From assembly GCA_002633005.1 (NCBI GenBank), contig NMRA01000051.1, positions 973,177 to 1,037,176 on the forward strand: 64,000 bases of DNA. Direction: 5' to 3'. Each line of letters opens with the position of its first letter. Positions within the stretch are counted from its first letter, which is position 1. Both the position numbers and the translations under genes were made by a program. The DNA comes from Phoronis australis (taxonomy: Eukaryota > Animalia > Phoronida). The notes under the pieces were generated by a model that had not been told where the DNA came from, did no database searches, and saw nothing but the letters and a program-made list of their open reading frames with translations. This document shows, one piece after another, positions 12,301-24,300 of the stretch.

Positions 12301-15300
12301 CAAGTGTTTTTTTGTGTTAAGAACTTAAGAAAATCACAAGTCTAAAATTGCAGCACAGCTATGTTCCCCTGTCTGTATTTCACGGACGAATAATTCGAAT
12401 TTATCACCGAACGGGGCCCAATACTCCCACGACCGACCTTGGTAAATTGGCCTACCGAACTTTGTAGGCCACGGTATGTTCCAATACCTATAAATCTGTA
12501 ACAGCAAAATAAAACAACACATTTGTTAAATAACTCGATATATTTGTAAGGGTTTACATCGAATTTTGTTGATTTTTTGGTGTAAAACGATGAAATCAAC
12601 CGATAAGCTGACACCAGTAAGCGTGTTGTGAACTGTTGAACAGACTGTGTTCGAACCTCTGACACCATTGGTTAATTTCAACACCTCCGTCTGCAGTCTT
12701 GTGTCAGGTAAAGGAACCGTACTTGCTGTTATTGAATGGAACTACTCGATCTAAATTGATACGAAATAGGTTGTTTTTGGGTGGTATTCTCCTTTGGGAG
12801 GATTTCAGGTAATTTGTTGTGTCGAAACTGTATTTTTACTCAAGAATTCAAGTTGCCCTATCGATGAGCACTAGGCAGCGACGCATCAGTCAGCAAGTTT
12901 TTACCATGAGATTTCAGCACATTTTTAAAAAAAGATTGTAATTTAACAACAAAGTTTGATAGCAATGCACCACAGTTTTGTAGAAAGTCTGTCATAGGTT
13001 ACAGATACGTCACAGCTTGTAAATTTGATTTCACCTGTTGTCGGAGACCGGGTTTCAACTGCCTTATTAGGCTACAAGCGCCCCCCTTCCGAAATGAATT
13101 TTTCTAAGCAACCTGGGCGAATACGGTAGCCCTTATAGATGGTGACATCAACGCACGAAACAATCATTTTTATTGACCCTGGCAGCAAGTTTGTGGTGAC
13201 GGACTTAAACTGCCGGGCGACTGAATTTTGGGCCGGAAGAGTAGATTTTCTGGCTTGACTCGCCCAAGGGTTTTGAAAGCAGGGTATATCTCTACTAGGT
13301 ATACGAAAATGGTTTGTGCCTAAAGAGTGGGGTTTAATCTAGGTATTCCGAATTATAGCACCCCACAGAAGGCTTGAGGTCAAGCATTAACTAGGCTATA
13401 GGGGAGTAAGGTCGCAGAAATTTCCTGGAAGGTTGGCCAGGAAACGGAGTCAAGAGTCTCGTGGAAGTCGAGTTGCCAACTTAAAAGTTTGATGGGTATT
13501 TTGCTCTATGAAGTATGTTTCAGATGGGTATTTATTTGGCTTTGCCTTAGCATTGTGGCTTCAGATGGGTATTTATTTGGCTTTGCCTTAGCATTGGGGC
13601 TTCAGATGGGTATTTATTTGGCTTTGCCTTAGCATTGTGGTATTCTTTCAGATGGATATTTATTTGGCTTTGCCTTAGCATTGTGGCATTGTTTCAGATG
13701 GGTATTTATTTGGCTTTGCCTTAGCATTGTGGCTTCAGATGGGTATTTATTTGGCTTTGCCTTAGCATTGGGGCTTCAGATGGGTATTTATTTGGCTTTG
13801 CCTTAGCATTGTGGCATTCTTTCAGATGAGTATTTATTTGACTTTGCCTTAGCATTGTGGCATTGTTTCAGATGGGTATTTATTTGGCTTTGCCTTAGCA
13901 TAGTGGCTTCAGATGGATATTTATTTGGCTTTGCCTTAGCATTGTGGCGTTGTTTCAGATGGGTATTTATTTGGCTTTGCCTTTGCATTGTGGCCTTGTT
14001 AAAAGTGACAACCAGGCATGGGTTCAGTAGACGCTAGGACCTACACTAGGATCTTGCTAAAATGTAGTCAAAGTCGCATGTTCTCATTTAAAATACACGG
14101 TAATATCTCATGTAATCTCGCGAAGTCTTGCTTTTAGCGAGGTCCTAGTGTTACTGAACGGGAGGCTGAGCTAGCCTGTTTTGATATGCTCCTTAATCTC
14201 ACGATTTCTTCTCACTATTTTTGAGTCAACATAAAAGATGTGTGTTGCTGGTAATAACTCCAAGACTTATAATGTTGAAACTAAAAAGTAATGATAAACT
14301 TAAAGTAAAAAGTTTGTCTGGTGAATAGCAAAAATTGGTATATTTGATCGACTTGTGGGGTGAATAGTCACTTTCTTTTCTTAAGTAAACAAGGCTATTC
14401 GTCACTGTTGGTTGTAATCTAGAATCTTGTGTAAAGGGCTTCCATACTTTAACATCTGACTCCTCAAAGTTTTGGGATTTTCTGTCAGTACGAACAGTTA
14501 ACTTCAGTCCTGGATGGGAATTAAGTTAATTTAACATTGCAACTCAACAGTAAACATGTGGTTAGCTGCAGTGTCAGTGGAGTAAACAGGTGATGCTGTC
14601 AACAGCATGTATTGTGGTATTACTCAATTATTTTCAAATGTGACCATTCTACCTCAAAAACCATTCTTATATTAACCGACCACATATACCACATTTGATA
14701 ATCATAGCATTGTGCTTGCGAAGCCATTTTCAGAGCACAGTCTTTGATGATCCACACATGAAACTGTGGTCTACTAACTCCGTACCGAAGTCTGTCCGAA
14801 AGATTCAACTGTTTTGTTGGTACTTTATATCGACACTGTTCGAGTTCTGGAGTTTGGCCTTCAGTCACAGTTTCAATCAAAATTTTTGTCATGTTTTGAT
14901 ACAATAAGGTGGTTTTTTGTATATTTGCAGTTGAATAAAATTTGATATTGGAAGTGTCTGAGTAAGCTGCAGTTACTGTTTTAAAATGTCTATCTCTTTG
15001 CAAACATTGCAGCTTTGCTGATAAACATCGTGTTGAGCAGTCTTTTAAAAAATCTTTGGTTCTCTGTATAGTAATTACATTGAGCAGCAATTAACTAGTT
15101 TGAACAAAACTAAAAAATTGTTGTTTCCACATTCAAGCACTTGCTCTGTAAGTTATTACAGTGTTTCTCCTCTTATTTAACACAAAATGACTTAAATATG
15201 TTTTTATGATAGTCGGGATATGTGAAATAAACTGAATATACAGACGTTGTAGTTGACAAGTGTGTGAAACAAATTGAGGAACAAAGCGTCATCAACAACC

Positions 15301-18300
15301 CCTCTCATTGCATGTATGCACAAGCATGAGATATCCAATATGAATTGATGAATGACGTCTGCGGTGAATTTACAATTAAAAAGGTGATAGTGTGTTACTA
15401 AAAACAACCACAGGACTTGCCTGCAATACTGGTCATTCCCAACATTTAGCCTCATGCGAAATAAGTGAGGGACATAATATCATTTTCCATTTAGTTGACC
15501 GTGCAAAATGAGGCGATAGTGCTTGATTAATGAGGAATTACTGTACTACGGTAGCATGACAAGGACATGCAGAATTTTGATGAAGGTGTACCAACTATAC
15601 AAGAGACATGTGCTTGTGGTGCAACATGCTTCAACTTTAGACAGCCTGTGCTGCACTGGACTGTAGGTAATGCTACCACATTTGCCAGGCCAGTACTGAA
15701 AACACCAGTGGTGAGCAGCAGTAGTGTCACTTTAGCTGGTGCAGTTACCAACCACAAAACTGATAGCATTTTTGCTTGCTCTTTTGTAGCCAGATCTCTT
15801 ACTGCATAAGACACACTGCACAGGGGAGCAATGCTGTTGTTTATCATTGCATTAATCAATTTATCATGGATAACGAAAGTGTTTTGTCATGAATTTTCCA
15901 TTTAAAAGAGATCAGACCGGGTGACCCAGTGAGGAAACAAAGTAACTGCCCCTAAAATGACCCCTTCACAGACGGAGCATCTGTCTAATGCTAAAACTGT
16001 AGTGTCACCATTGAAAAAAACTGCTCTCACCTCTATCACTAATGGGAATCTAATAAATAGTGTATTGCAGGCAACAATGTATCCTAAAGACTGCTGGCTC
16101 CAGCGTTCTTGTCCCAGGCATATGAGTTACACCATTTACACCCTGTCAACATGCATAATATCTAGTTCACAGCACTTTTCACCTTTCCTTACTAACTTGG
16201 CATGTATTTTGTAAAAATGTATTAAATTTCTTCACAAAAGTAAAGATTAAGAACATTCTGGTGTATTACAAGTATGTTTAGCAGTGTTTAGATGTCATAA
16301 AATAATGTATGCTTAAGTTCCTAACCGCCCATTTTATGCAAAAAGGTTTACAATCACCCTTTGAAAATTGGCCAAGTGACCATTTTGGCAGTTATTTTTG
16401 TACGAAATGAGCGGAGAATTGCCATAAGTGATTTATATTTTATTCAAGATTTCCACAGTCCATGAAACAATTGTTTTCGAGCCAGTTTTTCAAACCCATT
16501 ATCTGTCCAGGTAACAAAAATGGCCTTCAAGTCAGCGCCACTGTGACCAGCTGGCAACCAGCTGGCTAACTCAGGGTTGTGTGTGTCAATATTATGGTTC
16601 TGACTTGGGCATTTACAAAGTGTCACAGTTTTTGCCCTACTTATGTCTGACATGTGTCAACACATGTGGGTTAGTGTGGGACACAGATACACCACAAAAT
16701 GTTACACTAAATCTACCAATTCAGGACACAATATAGTGGACAAGCAAAATTTCATTTACTTTTTGTTTCAAAAAAGATATGTAGCATCAAATATATGGTA
16801 GACTGTGTTCAAGTTCTGTACCAATTTGTAAAATTATGGGCATTCACAACAATATGTAAGAAGACCTAAAAATGGAAAAATTTAATTTTAACAAAGTATT
16901 TTTCTGAAATTGGTGAATAGATATTTTAGCATGTCATGGGTTCAAGAATCTTTCTCCCTGTTCTGTTCAAAGTTTCTGGTGCAATGGACAACTCAATAAT
17001 ATTCACCAGGTGGCACTAGTAAATATAGGTCCCACTTTTTGACATATAATTAGATTGAGGTTAGATTAAGCAGGTCATTAGTATATGGCGGTAAGGAATA
17101 TCATGAGACTTATGAGAATTAAAGGCTTATTTCGATTTTTGTTTTTAGGCAGCTAAACGGGATTAAACATAGTTTTAACAGAAACTGTGTTTGGAAATCC
17201 TGCCCTGTTTTTGTGCTGTACATCACTAGATAATCAATGACAACAGGTCGCTTTCCTGTGGTGTCCCTCACACTTGTGCTCTTGAGAAAAACTAGCTGAT
17301 TACCACATGGATAAACAATTGATAGACATAAATTGTTGTATGTGATCTTGGATTCCTTCCCTGCCAATGTTGGTATTTTATCAATGAATACATTGAGATG
17401 TAAAGTTAGGTGATGATAACTACAGTATTATAAGATAAAGATTTTCATGCCAACTTTCAAATATTAAGACTTAGTATTTTTAAACATTCAAAGTAGCCTG
17501 ATTATGGTAAAATATCACCAATTAAGGACACAATATGGCAGAGAAGTGGAATTTTTTGTTTCTCATTTGTTCTATAAGAGACCCGTCCTGGATGTCAAAT
17601 TAATGCTTTTTCAGGCTCATGCTCTATAAAGCTGTCATCAGACATTGTTTTGAAAAAATCTGAATATTCACATTAATGTTAGAACCATTAATTGGGGCAA
17701 TTTTGGGGATAATTTTTGTCCGAAACAGTCTGCATGATGGCACTGTTTTTGATTTAGTGTCCCTTGTTTCAATATTGTATTCTATTTAGTCCTATCTTAT
17801 TTTACTACAAAAACATGTTTAGGAATTTCCGTTTTGAAGAACTTGTTATAGCTACGCAGTACTAAGTACAGTGAATATGTAAAGGGTAGAAAATATCGCT
17901 GTGCTGATCTCACGTGTGGTTCCTCAGAATGACCAGTTTGAGTGAAAGACCAGGAAACTTCAGGATTACCCTTGAGATTTCAAGTCCTGTTTGCTATACT
18001 GTTGATAGTTCAGACAAAGTTCAACAGATGTCAGTATCTGATACCATGCTTCAATCTTAGTGTCCTTTTTCATTGTCATTTCACTCAGTTGCTGTTAAAA
18101 CAATTGGCCTTATGCGGAACACTTAATGCAATCCATTTTTTTCTTAGAGTTGATTTAGCAGTTACATCATATGTTGATGAAATCTAGATATTTACAGTAT
18201 GCATAACTCATGTGTTTGGTATGCAAGGACTTTGTGATCTTTTGGCATTTATGTCACCAGTTCATGTCTCAAATGCTCAAAAGACTGTTTGTTCATGTCT

Positions 18301-21300
18301 CAAATGTTCAAACCAACATTTGATAACCAGATAGCCTCTTGTGATGTACAGCTGCCTATAGGTGATGATGACGTTTACAAATGGTGAACTTGGCAGTCCC
18401 AGTGGCTTTGAGTCTTACTGGTGAATGGAGACAAAAGCAAACAAAATCAAGATTATTATCTCCGTGGTACGACTCTATCGATTAGCGCTTATATCTCGAT
18501 GAATTGTAAAGGCCACGACAATTCATTAAATGTTACCGCAACATGATTTTCCTTCTACCACATTAGAAGAGACAAAGTTTCAGTGGATAAAACACGCTTT
18601 GGTGAAAACGGATTTTTTGTTATGGCTGAAGATTGGGTCTGCAGTTTCAAACGGGGATACATTGGAAGGCATTATACCGTATACTGAATGGATAAAATAG
18701 AAATTTGAACTTGAGATCTGCAAATTGAAAAATGTTTGACAGCAGCAGACGGTCCAAGGAGTTGTTGAAACGAATGAGGGTATGTTTTTAGATTGTGAAA
18801 AGTGCATGTTTATTGTGAACTCTAAAATGTGAGGCATATTTTGTTTTACATTTTGAAAAGTTTTGTTGAAGATTGAAATGTTAAAGTTTACATTTTTTGT
18901 TATTTAGGCAGTGTTCCACAATGCAAAACATGGTTTTGTTTTTAGTATCACACTGTACTATTGTGTTAAATTTATTTAATCTGGTTTTGTCTATTCAACA
19001 TGTATTTCATTCTAATTAATTCTGGCTAAGGAGGTTGAATATTTCTACCCAGCAAAATTAATTGACCTTTAATGTAGCAACCTTTTTCAAAATTGGAATT
19101 GACCAAATGGACAATATTTTCAAGCTTAAAGATATTTCTAGGGCCTCTTTCAAAGCGAAGATGGTACTGAAACTTGGCGGAAACCTTCGTCTCTTGCTTT
19201 CTCGAAGTCTGGTTACCAGGGCTTGGAATTTTCCGCGGAAATGCGGATTTCCGCTTTTTTCAAATGTGCTTTCCGCTTTTTTTATAATATTTCCGCGTAA
19301 AAAAATCGGATTTGATATAAAATTTGCGCGGCAAATTCCTTTCTTACCTCGGCGTTGCACACGACGTTCACCTCGAAAAGCGGAAGTTGCTATTTATGTT
19401 TCGGAGGAACGTAAATTGTCAACATTGCCGGGGCGTCTGGGACAGCGTGGTGGGATTTTCAATGGCGTCTCGTGTTATTGTTAAGCGCGGCGACAAATAC
19501 TACCACTTTGCGGCCAAAAATGTGTGGGTTGGGAGTGGACGGGCGAGCTACTAAAAGGATGCAGACGCATGCTACTGATGGTGGTAACGTTTTTTTTTTT
19601 AGTCCTCCCGATTTTTGTCGGGGGAAGGTCCACATTGACCATTTCAAGGCTGGTTGTCGGGCATGATTTGGGCCGTAAAAGTTTCAAAGTTTCCACGTTT
19701 TTTGTCATTGGTCATTCCAAGCCCTGGGTTACCAACCTTACATATAATCTCACTAGCAGACGACACTTTGAAGTAAGGTGAAACATGCTTCAAAGTGAGA
19801 GTTATGTCCAGCAGATGAGATTCAATGATTTACAAAAATTATCACTTTGTAGTAACAAAAACAGATTTTGGGTGGGTTTGTGTTGTTGACAGTATTCCCT
19901 AAAGATGTTGAAGCTTGAGTTGTCTGATTGACCAGCTACGGTACCGTAGTCTTATTCAAACGTGCACAGTTGTGGTTACCAAGAAGCATTTACTATAGTT
20001 TTCTCAGCTTTTATTTCAATGTTGAAAAAGGTTGCCCATTAAGCTTATTCAAATATTCTTTGACTATTCGTGATTGTGGTACCTTACTTGTATCAGTATA
20101 CTTATTCAAGGCGTTAACCGAGCTTTATTAAGGGAACAAGAAAATTCAGCTTGCAGAAAACTGGTATAATTCAAATGAACAATTTACGAGAATTCCTGGA
20201 TTCCTGCTGCCATCCAGAGGTGATGAGCCTTCGCCATGGTTCATTGCTCAGCTGACTTACTGAATTACCTCTGATTTAATGCAATCTCAGTACACACCTC
20301 ATTGAAGTCAGACTGGTCGCAATGGTTATAATGGACGCGCTGATCAGACGATCATCTAAGATCATGGTAGGAAACAAACTACAGAGCTGACTGTTTTCAT
20401 TAGCTAGATTGCTAAATATTGGATGTGACAGTAGTAATGTAAGATGATGTTAATAACTGCAAGTAAGATCAGATGGTGCTGGATGTGTTTTGCCAGATGT
20501 TTAACTGTTGAGCAGATTTTAACTCCTCCATTTAAATAAGGTTATATGTGTGAGCTTAGAAAAATGTGCAAATTTTTCTAACTTTGGGACATCATGTCTC
20601 GTGCTTAAAGCATGTCAAACGAGGCAAAAATGCGTAATATGTATTGAAAGTGTATAATCTGTATAGAAAAACTGCCACGCTAGCGTGTAAAATGTGTAAA
20701 AGTATGACACATTTCATGAAACGTGGCAAACGTGTAAAAACTGCCACGCTCATGTGTAAAACGTGGCAAACGTGTAATATTTGCCATGCTCACATGTAAA
20801 ACGTTTCATTATTTGACTCACAAACATGGCTCACTTGAGTGGCGAAAATGATGACACTTTCATTGGCTAAAATGTTAGAAATAACGCTATTATGTTAGCC
20901 ATTCAGATGAGTCGTCGGGCTGTGATGGGATAATTTTCGCCAGCAGTTCCCATGCCAAATGATATCATGTGAGCTCACAAGGTATTGTTTTACTTGCAAC
21001 ATCCATGTGACGGGCGTAAGCGCGTCGCATGGTTATCACCTATGGGACGCTACCATTGTTTTCCTTTGTTGCGTCTCTGTTGGATATAACAATACAGGTT
21101 GCATGGATATCGTACGTTGGGTGTACATCAGCTCAAGTTACCGATAAATGCTCGACAATATTTTAATTGTAACAAAGAAAACCAAACTGAACAATGGATA
21201 TGCTAATCTACCGATTTCTATGCTACCAGCTTGCGCCCTTGTTTCCCTGTGGGTTAGTTTGTTTTTTCACCACCCTTTTTGAAGCTCTGTTAGCCAATGT

Positions 21301-24300
21301 TGATGTGGAAACCACTATCTGCCATTAATTGATGAATGCCACGATAAACAAAAATCTGTTACCCCTGCACATGTGTGCCCTTTGAAGAAAGTTTTGGGAT
21401 AACCTCTCAACTGCCAGCAAAAGTGACTCTTGTAACCGTTCACACGGTGATTTTGCTACTAGAGGAAGTGCTACCTAAAACGCAAGCTTTTTAGTCAATC
21501 TAAGAAACGGTATATTGGATTCAAATGAAAGTACAGTTGATACTTTCTGACCATTTTGTTGGTAAGGTTAAGCACACCTGATACTTTCTGACCATTTTAG
21601 TGGTAAGGTCAAGCACAGTTGATGCCTTCTGACCATTGTGTTGGTAAGGTCAAGCACAGTTGATACCTTCTGACCATTTTCCACATGAGCAGAAGTATCT
21701 TGATTGAATTATGTTTAAAATAAGTCGCATCGCATCGTGTATTATGTCCCATGCTCCTAATATTCGAAACGAAGCATTTTCAAAGAAATCTTTGCTCAAA
21801 TAATGAGCATGTAGGGTGGAACTCGGGTGTCATCACTCCACACAGGTACTTGTATTGAACTGGGCAGTTTTGTGTTTTTACATGCTTTTCAATTAAAGTC
21901 TTGCCAACATCTAGAGTAAGTTAGGACTCAATATTCTCTCAAATGCTATCGCATATGGTCTATGCATCTATTTTAATTGGCAAAGCTTCACACGCAGGTG
22001 CATAGACCCAAATGCGAACAATCTACAGGAGGTTGCAAAACTCGCAGTTTGAAAGAATTGGTTCAATGTGGTTGCCACGTAATGGGCAATCTTTGGAATG
22101 CGCACAGCCTTCTGCTGCCAGAAGATAGTAAAAATTTCAATTAGTCTGACACGACTCATTTTATACTGATTTACAACACCTTTGCATTGGATATGCTGAA
22201 CTTTTTTGGATCTCAGTTGCCGTCTCAAGTGTAAAAACGAGGATAAATCAAAAATTCTTTCCACACGTGTTGGAAAGTTTGTCAATAATGTTTAATTAGG
22301 CAAGACAGTTCTGTCTGGTCTCAAATGAGTGAAATGATGGGCTTACCAGAAATTATACGCATTTTCTTTCTCACTCAAAACATTGACTATTTGGTGAATT
22401 TTGAAAAGCAATGTGTCGTTCCTAAAATAAGAAATTGCGGTGGCAGGTCTACCATGATGTTAAATGTGGGGCTCGTTTATTGGGGTATTGGTGATTTCAT
22501 TGCAAGAAATGATGTGTGTTTTGAGGGCGTTCAGCCCCCTGGCTGCTGCTCAATGTTATCTGCTCTTCTTTAGCTACATGTTATTTGGATTTTCATGGTT
22601 GCTTGGCAATAGTCTGTTTCAGTGGTCCTGGATTTTGAGAACCAGTTTGATGCCTGTTATTCAGTGGTTCTCAAAATGCGGGTCCCTGTAAGTGACTATT
22701 ACCCAGTGTTCTTGCGTCATCTTTTTCATGTTTACATTGTTGTAAAGGTATTTCCTTGTGTTAGTGTTGCCATGTTGCAGCTAGTCCTTGGAAACTAACT
22801 CGCAATTATTAATACATTGTGGATGTTTGATGATGATATTGATTAAAAGTTTACCTGTGATTTACCCCCATTGTCACTGGCTTTATGTTAGTTATTTCCT
22901 GTGATTGTGTGATGTGGCTGGTTGTGTTAATTGTGTATGTGCCACATGCAGAAATCTGGAAATATTGTAAACTAAATGTATCACACTGCAGGGCCTTCGA
23001 TACCTCGTATCAGTCCCATTTCCTTATGAAAAATAGTTAAAAATCATGAGAAATTCCCTTCACAAGGCCTAAAAATTCCCTTCAAATGATTTAAAAATCC
23101 CCTTGAGGTCAGAATTACTTGATTTCTGGGAAACAGTCGTTTTGAGATGACGTACTGTCACAGAACATTTCGATCAATTGTGAAAAAAATTGTCCGTAAT
23201 CCTAAGAAATCTTCAATGCATGTACAGTGTATGGCTCAACTGCTGTCTTATGTCCTTGCGTGACTGGGAAACTTGTTCTTTAAAAGGATGTGACGGACGG
23301 ATGCAGAGAAACCCAAATTTTTTAAAAATCTTTTTTAACTTTAACAGAAAACAAATATATTTTTTTTTGTTTTTGTGGTGAATTCTACCATAGATATCAG
23401 TTCAAAATAACTCAAACTTAAGTATTTAAAATGTATTAATCAACTAATTAAATCAGGACAATTAAACAGACATTTCTTTTTTAATTAAAATACACCAATT
23501 TGACCTTTTGCACGAAATCATCACCTCAAGCCTTTGCTGGGTATTACAGTGGATTGTTAACTTTTCAAAATATTTGTTTAAAGATGCAAAACAACCTCCT
23601 AAAATCCTCACTTCTCTTCAAAGATAATAAACAATATGGATAAGTATGAGAATGATAATTATTTTGTGTTCGACACCTGTTGGCATTTAGGAAAACTGTT
23701 TTTCGTGTTAAGTAGAATACAATTTGGAAACTGGTTTGTAAACATGGCTATCCTAAATATCAAATGTAAATTGGTGTTATAGCATTACTGATATCATTGT
23801 AATGCGTTTTCATGTGTATGTTTGTTAAATTAGTAATCGCCCTATAGTCACTTTCCCACTAGGGGAACTTCGATACAGGCTGTCATTTTTTGAGTTTCAG
23901 AGAATGTCATAGCAGATATTTGCTTCTAACCGAGTCAGCATCCGTTCTTCCCCTGGTGTCCAATAATCCCCTCATTTTTAAACGCTAGTTCAGTTTCCTC
24001 AAAACTCTTCAGAAAAAATATTTCTTAAAAAAGTTTGCGAGATTGATGTTCCTGTACTGCCAGAATTATTGTGAATTCTGATGTTTTTAATGATTTGCTA
24101 TGAAAATTTCATACAAGCCACCCGAGACACTGAAAAATACGGAAGTGGTTGGACAGCTTAAAAATGCCCATCATCGGCTTTTTCAACCCAAAACTCATTT
24201 TATCTATAAGTGTAGAAATGGCATCACGAGAAAAAACGCACTTCTCTCAAATTAAAAACTAGAAATCTTTTGTGGTGTTTTCCATCCTATTGTCACTGTG

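Larger units (their letters stand above)
9614..12793 (+). mobile_element. Non-autonomous Kolobok-like DNA transposon
   Basis: TTAA|AGGAGAATGCCACCC ... GGGTGGTATTCTCCT|TTG (15-bp TIR, 1 mismatch; right TSD decayed). Convergent THAP and KolX-like remnants. Empty TTAA site in a paralogous host repeat at 36565-36568. Confidence 0.8.
8440..13294. mobile_element. Outer CAGGG-terminated non-autonomous element hosting nested insertions
   Basis: CTAGG|CAGGGATATAC ... GTATATCTCTA|CTAGG. Internal parts 9510-9613 and 12796-13265 are homologous (reverse strand) to about 36140-36680. Confidence 0.5.

Noticed and set aside
13519-13995. CRISPR-like regular repeats (also 21534-21680 and 48735-49000)
   Set aside because: No unique spacers and no cas genes; these are head-to-tail minisatellites in eukaryotic DNA.
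14620-15859. 156-aa and 110-aa minus-strand ORFs
   Set aside because: No recognisable motif or splice support; likely chance ORFs.
19058-19781. Cluster of overlapping ORFs
   Set aside because: Caused by the GC-rich interior of the 510-bp MITE; no transposase motifs.
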